A DNA stretch of 64,000 nucleotides from a bacterium (GTDB taxonomy: Bacteria; Bdellovibrionota_C; UBA2361; CALJRW01): assembly GCA_031385045.1 (NCBI GenBank), contig JANNBC010000011.1, positions 17,857 through 81,856 of the forward strand, in the 5' to 3' direction. The notes beneath the pieces are model-generated. The model was not told where the DNA came from and made no database searches. It saw nothing but the letters and a program-made list of their open reading frames with translations. The number at the start of each line of letters is the position of its first letter. Positions within the stretch are counted from its first letter, which is position 1. Shown piece after piece: positions 50,404-59,907 of the stretch. The translations under genes were made by a program, and so were the position numbers.

Positions 50404-51513
50404 TTAAATAATTTCGATATTAGTTCGGGGGACTGTAATAACACGCCGATCTTCCAACTCTAACTCAGCGACACGCACCATGGCACCAGTTTCAATTAGC
50501 TCCGGATTTACTGGTAAATTAATAATTTTTCCATTCATTCCAAAGTAAGGATAGCGGATGACTTTTACTTCTGCTCCAATTTCTAAACCGGTAATCTTTG
50601 CTGTCCGCTTATTCTTAAGGGATGTATTGGCAACAATAATTTCAGGCCTCACAGCACCAGCGCGAATCTGTGTAGCTCCATTAATTGCAGTGGAACTTCC
50701 TTCCAATCTACCTAAGATTTCTAAATAGCGATCCGACATGTGTAGATCACCAAACCCTTCTGTAATAATTAGGGTAAAAGGTAAAACTTCTCCTCCCGTA
50801 ATAGGCAAGCCAAGTTCATACCCTAAATATTTTGTTAAAAGCTGATTATCAATACTTCCAAGGATTAGGCCAGCAGCTCCCGATTGTTTAACAGCTTCTA
50901 GCGCTTCCCAAGTTGGAAAATTTGGACTGACAAGAATTTTATCTTTAGAATCACTGGGAATATCACTAGCTAATAGCTCTAATTCCATTTCGGGATGAAG
51001 AATTTTGATTTCACCGAAACGCTCTCCACCAACTCCAAAAATACCTTGCACAAAAGTTGCTTGGGAGACAATTTCAACTTGTTGTTCTCCAATGATATTT
51101 TTTACTGTACCCGCTAAATAGGCTTGAAGCTTTAATTTTTTTGAAGATCCCCGAATTCCTACATGAGCATTATGTTGACTGATAAATTCAATCTGCCCAC
51201 TGATTGGCGCCAAAACATTTGTTTCAAATAAACCAAAGAAAGTTTTGTATTGGAAAATTAATTGGTTTTTTTCTACTTGCTCACCTTCTTTTAAAGTTAA
51301 GTTCCGCATCACAAGATCTAAATCTAATCCAGACTGCTCTACTAACTTAACTACTAAAAGATCTCCCGGCATTTCTGCTTCAGCAATAATTTGATCTGCT
51401 ATAACCTGCTGGCCAATCTGAACTAAAATCTTTCCTTTAAGTGGCAATTCACGGAGTTTTACTAACTCTGTTTTCTCAGCAAGAATTAAACTTGGGACTA
51501 AACTACTAGACAC
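50404..51513 (-). CDS. Hypothetical protein with barrel-sandwich-hybrid-like N-terminus and KOW-like C-terminus (GlmL-associated)
   Basis: LPLKGKILVQIGQQV, APISGQI, QGIFGVGGE, TEGFG, TQIRAGAVRPEII, GAEVKVIRYPYFG. Confidence 0.75.
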   Translation of the reverse strand: MSSSLVPSLILAEKTELVKLRELPLKGKILVQIGQQVIADQIIAEAEMPGDLLVVKLVEQSGLDLDLVMRNLTLKEGEQVEKNQLIFQYKTFFGLFETNVLAPISGQIEFISQHNAHVGIRGSSKKLKLQAYLAGTVKNIIGEQQVEIVSQATFVQGIFGVGGERFGEIKILHPEMELELLASDIPSDSKDKILVSPNFPTWEALEAVKQSGAAGLILGSIDNQLLTKYLGYELGLPITGGEVLPFTLIITEGFGDLHMSDRYLEILGRLEGSSTAINGATQIRAGAVRPEIIVANTSLKNKRTAKITGLEIGAEVKVIRYPYFGMNGKIINLPVNPELIETGAMVRVAELELEDRRVITVPRTNIEII

Positions 51514-53257
51514 TTAGCAACCTCCCATCTAAGATTAAACCTGATTCTCCAGCTACGATGTTCACATCCAGCATTTCTCCATAACCTGCGCCGACATCGA
51601 TTAATTTATTATTAGGAATTACAGTCAGTCGATAGCTATCCCCTTTACCCAAGGGAACAACCTTCACTTCTCCTTTAACAATCTGAATCGGATGGCGATC
51701 GTTAATTTGGATACTAGCTAAATTTAGCCCTAAACCCTTCTGATGCTTAGCAACTGGCGTGATACTATGAGCGACATGCACCAAGCAGTCATTTAAAAAA
51801 ATCTCTTCCGCCGCGGCTGGCGCAACTTCAGCAAAGACACCGAGATGTGGCAACATAAAGATTGAGTCTACCGTAATTTTTGTAAGCCCCTTTAGAGCAA
51901 AACCATCCTGCATCATCATTGCCGCTTGCATCCGATCAGGAGCATGACTAATTACACCACCAGAACCAATTACTAAATCTAATGCCATCATATCTACTAA
52001 CTCAATCTTAGAGGAACGTTGATTGAAAATATTGGCAATTCCTTTTTTTTGAACCTGCTGATTAACTCCAATCGCTAAGTGTTTATGATGCAATAAAGAT
52101 AAGCGCAAAGCCTCACGACAGATAGCTTGCTCCAGAAATAAATCATCTTGAGCCTGTGGGATGGAGGTAGGGCGAATCATTTTATTACGGATGCGGTTAA
52201 TTACTTCATCGGGATCTTGAACCTTATCTAACCACCGCATAATATTCTTAAGCCCTGCTTCTTTTAGGACATTGGCAACCGAGTAACTCATTCCCAAATT
52301 AGCTGAGACAGTACGATTAAAAACATATTCTCCTTGGCTTAGAAAAACACTAAAGACATCCGTTGTAGCTCCACCAATATCTACTGCTAAAATATTTTGA
52401 TTACTCCTCTCGGCATAGGTCTTAATAATCTTACCTACAGCAGAGGGTGTCGGCAGAATTGGTTCGGGTGTCCAAGTAAGCAAACGATCATATCCAGGAG
52501 AATGACTCATGACATGAGTTAAAAAAAGTTCATGCACGGCTTCTCTAGTTGGGATTAAATTCTCATCTAAATAGCTTGGGCGAAGGTTTTCAACCGCAGT
52601 AAAGCTAGCAAGTGGTTGTAGAATTTTTTGAACGTCAGGAAGAGCTACTTTATTACCAGCATAAATCACTGGCAATTTTAATGTTTTACCAAAACGAGGA
52701 GTTGGCGCTGCTGCTAGTAAAATCTCAGCAAGCTCGATTACCTGATCCACTGCTCCAGATTCAAATCCTCCGGCCAGTAAAAAGATATCCGGTTTTAAAT
52801 GGCGGATCTGATTAATCTTTTCATAATCTTCTAAGTGATCATCAAAGGAAATAGTTCCCAGCACAATAGCACCGGCACCAAGAGCGGCTCTAGCTGCGGA
52901 ACTAGCACTTAAGTTACCAACAATTCCAGCAACCAACATTTGTAGTCCACCACCAGCAGAGCTTGTTGATAAATAAAGATCTATACCTTGAGTTGGATCT
53001 TTACTATCTAAAACAAAAGGCTGCTCATTTAACTTAATTGTTTTCTTTAAAAATAGTCGCCCGCTAACTTCCTCTAATTCACGAAAAGCATTTAGGGCAC
53101 CAACAGTTACATCAGCAATCGGATTTTCAACAGTTGTTGGAGCTTCCCCACGAAATGTTAATTGCCAACGACTTTGCTTCCGCTCAAAGAGCAAAGCTTT
53201 AGTGGTCGTTGATCCACAATCAGTAACTAAAACAGTTTGTAAACGACGATCACCCAT
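51506..53257 (-). CDS. GlmL/MutL-like (glutamate mutase L family) actin-fold ATPase
   Basis: ASKHA motifs TDCGSTTTK, TSSAGGGL, VDIGGATTDV, RTVSANLGMSYS, GSGGVISH. Confidence 0.85.
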   Translation of the reverse strand: MGDRRLQTVLVTDCGSTTTKALLFERKQSRWQLTFRGEAPTTVENPIADVTVGALNAFRELEEVSGRLFLKKTIKLNEQPFVLDSKDPTQGIDLYLSTSSAGGGLQMLVAGIVGNLSASSAARAALGAGAIVLGTISFDDHLEDYEKINQIRHLKPDIFLLAGGFESGAVDQVIELAEILLAAAPTPRFGKTLKLPVIYAGNKVALPDVQKILQPLASFTAVENLRPSYLDENLIPTREAVHELFLTHVMSHSPGYDRLLTWTPEPILPTPSAVGKIIKTYAERSNQNILAVDIGGATTDVFSVFLSQGEYVFNRTVSANLGMSYSVANVLKEAGLKNIMRWLDKVQDPDEVINRIRNKMIRPTSIPQAQDDLFLEQAICREALRLSLLHHKHLAIGVNQQVQKKGIANIFNQRSSKIELVDMMALDLVIGSGGVISHAPDRMQAAMMMQDGFALKGLTKITVDSIFMLPHLGVFAEVAPAAAEEIFLNDCLVHVAHSITPVAKHQKGLGLNLASIQINDRHPIQIVKGEVKVVPLGKGDSYRLTVIPNNKLIDVGAGYGEMLDVNIVAGESGLILDGRLLSV

Positions 53258-53260
53258 AAC

Positions 53261-53959
53261 TTAAACACTTATCCCTAAAACTCTTAGGAAATCAAAAATC
53301 AAGAATTGAATCCGCTCGACCAATAATGCCATCCGCGCCATGACAGTAGAACCAAAGAAGGCTCCAAAACAAACCATTAACAATACTCGCCCCGACTGAT
53401 TAAATTTACGGGCAACAAGGGTTTGTTGCTTATTAGAAAAGAGAAAATAAAATAGGACAGCAATAAAAGTATAAACAAAAACAATATTACTAAAGCTTGC
53501 TAACCAATCAATTTGATCATTTACCTTAACAACTAAAGGCTTAAAACTCCCGGCAATCTGTGGCAAATACTGATTAAAAAAGCCTTTAAAGGCAAGACCA
53601 CCACTAGCTCCTAAAGTAAAGCCAATTACTAGTTTGGCAAGCCAGTTAAATCTTTTGCTATAAATAAAATAATACAAAAGCCCAAAGGCTGCTGGTAATA
53701 AATACCAAAAGTATAAGTAATTATGCTCCTTAGAAACTGTACCATCAGGAAAAGTATAAATATCTAAACCAAAGATAGGAACAATCACTTCCGGATAAAG
53801 AAAGTTCTTAACTGTAAAAAGCAACCCAAAGGCTGCTGAAATTCCAATAAATAAATGCTCAAAGAAGCGATAAAAGGAATTTTCTTTATACAAGAAACTA
53901 AAGATAGCTAATGTGCTAACTCCTCCAGTAATAATGGTTAAACTTTCCCAGTTAAACAT
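53261..53959 (-). CDS. Multi-pass membrane protein
   Basis: About 6 hydrophobic segments; FSFLYKEN.FYRFFEH.FIG and FGA.FG.TVMAR motifs. Confidence 0.8.
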   Translation of the reverse strand: MFNWESLTIITGGVSTLAIFSFLYKENSFYRFFEHLFIGISAAFGLLFTVKNFLYPEVIVPIFGLDIYTFPDGTVSKEHNYLYFWYLLPAAFGLLYYFIYSKRFNWLAKLVIGFTLGASGGLAFKGFFNQYLPQIAGSFKPLVVKVNDQIDWLASFSNIVFVYTFIAVLFYFLFSNKQQTLVARKFNQSGRVLLMVCFGAFFGSTVMARMALLVERIQFLIFDFLRVLGISV

Positions 53960-54812
53960 TTCGCTTCCGCTTCACAAAATAAACAATATTACCAATAATA
54001 ATTAAAACAATAATTAGTAACTGAGCAACACCTAAGCCAGTATTAACCAAAAGCGCCGTATCGGGCTCCCGATTAGGAAAATTTTGGTTAAGTAAATGTG
54101 AATACCAAGCAGCACCAGCAATACCCTCAAACAAGCCATCTAGCTGCTTCGAATCTAAATAGATATAAGCCTCAGGTATGGTAATTGAAGTACAACCATG
54201 AATAAATAATGGTCGATGAGTTTTACTACTAAAAAAACCTAAATAACGATCAAAGACTCCTACTAAACCTGTAAAATGGCCCAATAGTTTAATTTGATTA
54301 AAATCCTTAAAGTCTTTTAAGAAAGCAAAATTGTTTAAGGCGGTGCCATTAACATCTGCTTTAAATAATTCTTTTAAATCATCCGACTTGGTAATTTGTT
54401 GCAAAAGAATTGTAGCTCCTTGGCGAAAGCCTAAGTTAATCCAATCTTTACCATAGACCCAAGTTTCCTCGGGGTTTTCTTTTTGTAATTTTTCAGCAAC
54501 CTTTTCTGGTGTTAACTTTAGAAAAGCTTCAGCAAAAGGAATCATGGAAAATAAAACTACAGGCACACGCTTCCGAAAAAGATGCTCCATCAAGACCATG
54601 GCCTGAGCTTCATTTTCAGCTTTAGTACTAGGACCAAAATCTAAAGCAATAAAGGCAATCTCTCCTGGGCTAAATTGAATGTTCTCAATTAAGTTATAAG
54701 CTTGCGTCGAGGCTTTTAATCTTGCAGGTGTTAGTGAAAGTTTTAACAATAATGGAATTGCTAAAACAACAAAAACTAACAAATAGATATAGCGCCGATC
54801 TAGTTCTTTCAC
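53952..54812 (-). CDS. Membrane-anchored protein with central alpha/beta domain
   Basis: N- and C-terminal TMs. Start reassigned to GTG 54812 (AGGAGG upstream, GTGA overlap) rather than 54857. Confidence 0.75.
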   Translation of the reverse strand: MKELDRRYIYLLVFVVLAIPLLLKLSLTPARLKASTQAYNLIENIQFSPGEIAFIALDFGPSTKAENEAQAMVLMEHLFRKRVPVVLFSMIPFAEAFLKLTPEKVAEKLQKENPEETWVYGKDWINLGFRQGATILLQQITKSDDLKELFKADVNGTALNNFAFLKDFKDFNQIKLLGHFTGLVGVFDRYLGFFSSKTHRPLFIHGCTSITIPEAYIYLDSKQLDGLFEGIAGAAWYSHLLNQNFPNREPDTALLVNTGLGVAQLLIIVLIIIGNIVYFVKRKRNV

Positions 54813-55792
54813 TGGGAAGAATCCTCCTGAGTATAATCCGTCTCTAAGGAAAGCCACATTCTAAGTGCCATAATTAAACTGGCAACCCCAGCTCCTAAGG
54901 CAATCCCGCGAAAAGCCGCCGAGTTAGGAACTTCCAATAACCACAAACGCAACACAGGGAAACCATCCCAGAGCCACACTCCAAAAGGAATCTGACCCAA
55001 CATCACAATAATAGCGGCTAACATCATTAGGCCTGACTCAAAGGATCGAATACGAAAGGCACGATATGCAGCAGATGCCACATAGAAGCCTAAAAGTGCG
55101 AACATGGCCGATCCGAGTGCCACAAATAATCCTTCGTAAATTAAAAGATTAAACTGATAGATAAAAAATTCTTGATACTCCAGAGTTAAAAGCTGCCGAT
55201 AAACTCCAGAAAAAACATTTAACTTAGTTGCTAATGTCTCAAAGTAAAGCTGATCTTTAGGCTTAGTCTCCTGCAAAAAAACTTCCAGCTCAACCTTAGC
55301 TACCTTTAACTGCGTATCTAAATTTTCAATTGCTATTGTCTGAGGCTGGTTGCTATTAATGACTAAGGGGACTTTTTGATAAGAAGCTTGCAGTAAAGCA
55401 AATCCAGATAACTGCTCTTCCGGGTTAAGAGTCGCAAGCTTAGCAGAATACTCAGATAACATTGCAAAATGATTCGCAGGCTTAATATAGCTTTCCTGAC
55501 TCCACCAATCTGCTATCGAGACACAAAGCATCAGCCCTAAGCCAAGCAATAGTCCAAAGCTATTAACCATGTTCTTTTTTAAGAAAATCACTCGAGGCAC
55601 ATGAATCATTAGAATATTAATCAATCCTAACCCTAGCGCCATTGCTCCAATAATGCGTAGGCTTAAAGAGATTGGATCATTATAAAGACTCAGCTCTAAT
55701 CCTAAAAACTTTTCTGGCAAATAGAATTCTAGGAAAAAATAAATCCCCCCTAGAAATGTAAAAAATTTGATTAATAGTTTTTTGTTAATCAC
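54809..55792 (-). CDS. Multi-pass membrane protein
   Basis: Hydrophobic N- and C-terminal blocks around a helical insert; MFALLGFYVASAAYRAFR, VPNSAAFRGI. Confidence 0.8.
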   Translation of the reverse strand: MINKKLLIKFFTFLGGIYFFLEFYLPEKFLGLELSLYNDPISLSLRIIGAMALGLGLINILMIHVPRVIFLKKNMVNSFGLLLGLGLMLCVSIADWWSQESYIKPANHFAMLSEYSAKLATLNPEEQLSGFALLQASYQKVPLVINSNQPQTIAIENLDTQLKVAKVELEVFLQETKPKDQLYFETLATKLNVFSGVYRQLLTLEYQEFFIYQFNLLIYEGLFVALGSAMFALLGFYVASAAYRAFRIRSFESGLMMLAAIIVMLGQIPFGVWLWDGFPVLRLWLLEVPNSAAFRGIALGAGVASLIMALRMWLSLETDYTQEDSSQ

Positions 55793-56583
55793 AATATTGT
55801 CCAGAACGATTTGAAATCAAAATAAATTAAGTCGGGGTAAAAACTCTGAATTGTTGCAAAAATAACCCCACAAAAAATTATTCCAACAATCAAGTATTTA
55901 GAAAAATCTTGGGCATATAAACTACCGATTTGAATTGGATCCTGACTCAAATAGGCAGAGGCTGCAAAAATCTCCTCCCCAATTAAAGTATAATCACAAG
56001 AAACGATAAAGAATGCTACCTGCTCCGGGGAGACCGTTGCTCCAACTTGATGAGCACCAATTTGCTGCCCAGCCTCGGCAAGAATTAATGATTCCGCCGC
56101 AAATTCACCGAAAAGAAAGGCACCGCCGACTCGCTCCCTTTGAACTAAACCAATATAGCCGGCCGCAAAAGCAAACTGCTCAGTAGATAAAAATGGAATG
56201 TTTTTGGGATCAAAGAAATTTTCTCTTTTGGCAACACGATAGGCGCGCTGAACAGTATCTTCAGTAATCGCTAAAACTTCAGGATCGTTCTGTGGCACTA
56301 ATAATTTAGCTTTAAAGGTTGCTGCTCTTTTAGCAATGTAAAACAAAACTCCCAGACAAGCATAAAGCGTTGGGCCGATCCCACAAAGTCCAGAAGTAAA
56401 GCTAATGGGCCGACCTGCTTCCACTGATTTAGTAATTGTCTCCTCAATCGCTTCAATCCCTGGAATTTTTCTAACAAATAAATTTTTCGATTTTTGTGCT
56501 TTACGAATATAATAAAAAACAGGCGCTAACAATAAAAATGTTAGTAAAAAAATCATCCAAGTTGCATGCTCAATCCCTTGCAT
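55789..56583 (-). CDS. DUF6754-like membrane-anchored protein
   Basis: RKIPGIEAIEE, QFAFAAG, G.F.AESLILAE, DYTLIGEE.FAASAYLS; terminal TMs. Family name recalled from motifs. Confidence 0.7.
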   Translation of the reverse strand: MQGIEHATWMIFLLTFLLLAPVFYYIRKAQKSKNLFVRKIPGIEAIEETITKSVEAGRPISFTSGLCGIGPTLYACLGVLFYIAKRAATFKAKLLVPQNDPEVLAITEDTVQRAYRVAKRENFFDPKNIPFLSTEQFAFAAGYIGLVQRERVGGAFLFGEFAAESLILAEAGQQIGAHQVGATVSPEQVAFFIVSCDYTLIGEEIFAASAYLSQDPIQIGSLYAQDFSKYLIVGIIFCGVIFATIQSFYPDLIYFDFKSFWTIL

Positions 56584-56894
56584 TAGCTCAACTTCCCTTG
56601 AAGCTTAACCTGCTCTTCCAAATCAGTAAGAAAACTTTGATAATTCTCAGGACTACTAAGTAATTTTTGCAACAAGCCAAAGTGTTGCTTAAAAAATAAT
56701 CCCGCGATTGGAGCACAAAACTCACTACAGCAATAAGCAGTTTGGCGAAGTGGAAAAATAGATTCCAAAAAGAAAACAATTGGAGCATTAAGCTTTAAAC
56801 CGGAAATTTTATCAGCTAAAGATTGTAAATCAGGATCAGACACAGCACGCACGGGAATTGGACTTGGAATAAGGCTTGCTCGTTGACTATTCAT
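56583..56894 (-). CDS. Small hypothetical protein
   Basis: 103 aa; overlaps both neighbours (8-nt overlap and TAATG). Confidence 0.7.
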   Translation of the reverse strand: MNSQRASLIPSPIPVRAVSDPDLQSLADKISGLKLNAPIVFFLESIFPLRQTAYCCSEFCAPIAGLFFKQHFGLLQKLLSSPENYQSFLTDLEEQVKLQGKLS

Positions 56895-57636
56895 GCTTTG
56901 AAATTATTTTTGCTGGAGTACCAACAGCAATACAATTTGCTGGGACATCAGATTTTACTAAAGAGTGCGCTCCGATGATCGCTCCATCACCTATTTTTAC
57001 TCCATCCAGAATTGTTGCGCGAGTACCAATCCATACATTTTTACCAATTTCTACACCACCCTTAATCTCCATTGGTTGATCATTTAAAACCTGACCATGC
57101 TCATTAAGTTGATGATTCCCTGGTCCAATATAGACATAGGCAGCAATTAAGGTACTAGCACCAATTGAAATTTTAGACTCTGAGGCAATTCGGCAACTAG
57201 AACTAATATTAACTCCGTCAGCGATTCTAATATTAGCGTTTTTAGCAACAATAATTGTTCCCCGACCGACTGTTACATAATCTCCTAAATCGATCTGAGC
57301 CTCAGCTCCTTTAGCATCAAGCACAACTTGATCATCTAAAATAATTTTCTTACCAAGAGTAATACGATTAGTGCCTCTTAAGGTTCCTCCAAAGCCAACT
57401 GCCAAACGAGCGCCACACGATTTGAATAGATGCGGGTAGCAAATTGCCCTTAAGGCTAAGCCAGGCAAACCACGAAGGTTACTAAGAAAGAATGTAAAGA
57501 TTTCTAGGTCAATAAATTTCCACCAAGAACCATTATTAATTAATAATTCTTTATAGGCTCGAACGGGCCCAGCTGAAGTAAATTTTGCTTGTTGTTGTGT
57601 TAAGTTAGTCACGCCGAGAGAATAAAGCGAACTCAC
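56887..57636 (-). CDS. Hexapeptide-repeat (left-handed beta-helix) acyltransferase
   Basis: Repeats such as IGKNVWIGTRATILDGVKIGDGAIIGAHSLV and VGTPAKII. Confidence 0.9.
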   Translation of the reverse strand: MSSLYSLGVTNLTQQQAKFTSAGPVRAYKELLINNGSWWKFIDLEIFTFFLSNLRGLPGLALRAICYPHLFKSCGARLAVGFGGTLRGTNRITLGKKIILDDQVVLDAKGAEAQIDLGDYVTVGRGTIIVAKNANIRIADGVNISSSCRIASESKISIGASTLIAAYVYIGPGNHQLNEHGQVLNDQPMEIKGGVEIGKNVWIGTRATILDGVKIGDGAIIGAHSLVKSDVPANCIAVGTPAKIISKHE

Positions 57637-57669
57637 TATTTTATCAAGAAAAGATTATGACTTATAGGT

Positions 57670-58830
57670 TTACTGTAGCTCTAACTTAGAACTTCCACTA
57701 CCACCTGAGGTCTTACTTCTTTTTCTTTGTTTAATTTGATCGATATTAGTTTTTTGCTTTTGAAAGTCTCCCTGATCATCTAATTTCACACGAAGTCTGA
57801 GGTTATTGGCACTATCAGCATTTTTCAAAGCATCATCCAGTGTAATTTTAGTACTACGATACAGTTCGTAAAGTGACTGATCAAAGGTACTCATTCCAAA
57901 CTGGTTGCTTTTTTCAATCGCTTCCCGAATTTCCGTAATCTCACCTTTATGAATTAAGTCTTTAATCCTTGGGCTGTCTGTCATAATCTCTAAGGCCGCC
58001 ACTCGCTTACCAGTACTTGAGGGCACAAGTCGCTGACTGACTGTTGCTCTTAGGTTTAGACCTAACTGCATATAAATTTGACGGTGCTGCTCTGGTGGGA
58101 AAAAGTTCATAATCCTTTCAATTGCTTGATAGGCGTTGTTACCATGTAGCGTTGCTAAACAAAGGTGCCCAGTTTCAGCAAAAGTAATCGTTGCCTCCAT
58201 TGTTTCTTTATCTCGAATCTCTCCTAAGAGAACAACATCAGGAGCCTGTCGGAAAGCATTTTTAAGAGCGATCTTATAACTAGCGGTATCCATTCCAACT
58301 TCTCGCTGAGAAATAATCGATAGGCTGTGTTCATGAACAAATTCAATTGGATCTTCAATCGTAATAATATGCCCAGCTGTATTTTCTGCCCGATACTTAA
58401 TCATTGCTGCTAAGGTTGTTGATTTACCGGAACCTGTTGCACCAACAATCAGAATTAGTCCTCTTTTCTTCAAAGATAGTTCCTTTAAGACAGGAGGCAA
58501 TTCTAAATCATCAATCGACATTATCTCGGACTTAATCTTACGTATAACAGCAGCCTGTGTTCCGCGCTGGATAAATGCATTAAGTCGAAAACGGCCAATA
58601 TGTTGATAATGTAAGGCTAAGTTTACTTCTTGATCACGCTCATAATCACGGATCTGGTTATCATTCATTACGCTGTAAATCAGCTCTTTAACTTTATCAC
58701 CCTCTAGTTGGACACTGCCGGCCGCACGTACCACACCATCAACCCGGTACATTGGAGGACATCCATTCGTTAAATATAAATCCGAAGATTCATAACGATT
58801 CATCAATTCCAACAACTTTACCATATCCAT
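57670..58830 (-). CDS. pilU: Type IV pilus retraction ATPase PilU
   Basis: GATGSGKST, TIEDPIEF, RQAPDVVLLGEIRD, TLHGNNA; follows pilT. Confidence 0.92.
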   Translation of the reverse strand: MDMVKLLELMNRYESSDLYLTNGCPPMYRVDGVVRAAGSVQLEGDKVKELIYSVMNDNQIRDYERDQEVNLALHYQHIGRFRLNAFIQRGTQAAVIRKIKSEIMSIDDLELPPVLKELSLKKRGLILIVGATGSGKSTTLAAMIKYRAENTAGHIITIEDPIEFVHEHSLSIISQREVGMDTASYKIALKNAFRQAPDVVLLGEIRDKETMEATITFAETGHLCLATLHGNNAYQAIERIMNFFPPEQHRQIYMQLGLNLRATVSQRLVPSSTGKRVAALEIMTDSPRIKDLIHKGEITEIREAIEKSNQFGMSTFDQSLYELYRSTKITLDDALKNADSANNLRLRVKLDDQGDFQKQKTNIDQIKQRKRSKTSGGSGSSKLELQ

Positions 58831-58857
58831 AAGAATATCCTTTGATTAACTATAACT

Positions 58858-59907
58858 TTATTCTGGCATTTCCTTAAACATTTCAGCGTTATGCGCCTTC
58901 TCAATTGCTGTCTCTCTAGTAATTAATCCTTTTTCCAACAATTTTGCTAACGCCATATCCATTGTCTGCATTCCGATCCCTTGAGATGTCTGCATGGTAG
59001 ATGGAATTTGGTGAATTTTTCCTTCACGAATTAAGTTTTTTACTGCCGTAGTTCCAATTAAAATTTCTTGGGCAGCTATTCTTCCTCCACCTTTTTTCTT
59101 ACATAAAATTTGAGTTACAATTCCAATAATCGATTCAGAAAACATCGCCCTAATCTGCTCTTGCTGAGCTGGTGGGAATACGTCAATAATTCGGTCAACA
59201 GTTTTTGGAGCGCTTGATGTGTGTAAAGTTCCAAAAACTAAGTGTCCAGTTTCAGCAGCCGTAAGTGCCAATTGAATAGTTTCTAAATCTCGCATCTCCC
59301 CTACGAGAATCACATCAGGATCTTCTCGCAGAGCAGCCTTTAGAGCTGCCGCGAAACTTTTAGTATGCGCATGAACTTCCCGTTGGTTAATCAAACATCC
59401 TTGAGACCGATGAACGAATTCAATTGGATCTTCAATGGTTAAGATATGCCCATCACGCTCTTTATTCATTTTATCAATGATCGCAGCCAACGTCGTTGAC
59501 TTACCAGATCCGGTTGGGCCAGTAACCAAAAACAAACCTCTCTCCTTTCGTGCGATATCATATAATGCATCTGGCAACCCCAACTGTTCCATGGTTAAAA
59601 TGGTTGTGGGAATTTTTCGAAAGACTCCACCGACCCCTCTTTTTTGGCGAAAAACGTTAACCCTTAAACGCAAGGTATCACCAACTTCGATCGCAAAATC
59701 GACATCATTAGTTTCTTCAAAAATCTTTCTTTGACTATCGTTCATGATGTCATACATCATTTCCTGAGTTTGAGATTCTGTTAAGGCAGGAACTTTTAGT
59801 TTTTTAATTGAGCCATGAATCCTAAGCATCGGAGGCTCCCCAGCAGAAATATGAACATCAGAAGCATCTTGCTGCGAAGCAAACTTTAAAATTTGAGTAA
59901 TATCCAT
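58858..59907 (-). CDS. pilT: Type IV pilus retraction ATPase PilT
   Basis: GPTGSGKST, REDPDVILVGEMRD, GTLHTSSA, AVKNLIRE (AIRNLIRE motif), GMQTMD. Confidence 0.96.
   Translation of the reverse strand: MDITQILKFASQQDASDVHISAGEPPMLRIHGSIKKLKVPALTESQTQEMMYDIMNDSQRKIFEETNDVDFAIEVGDTLRLRVNVFRQKRGVGGVFRKIPTTILTMEQLGLPDALYDIARKERGLFLVTGPTGSGKSTTLAAIIDKMNKERDGHILTIEDPIEFVHRSQGCLINQREVHAHTKSFAAALKAALREDPDVILVGEMRDLETIQLALTAAETGHLVFGTLHTSSAPKTVDRIIDVFPPAQQEQIRAMFSESIIGIVTQILCKKKGGGRIAAQEILIGTTAVKNLIREGKIHQIPSTMQTSQGIGMQTMDMALAKLLEKGLITRETAIEKAHNAEMFKEMPE

Noticed and set aside
51506..53257. Calling the GlmL-like gene DNA-repair mutL or evidence of glutamate fermentation
   Set aside because: Motifs are actin/ASKHA-type, not GHKL; glmS/glmE are absent from the window.
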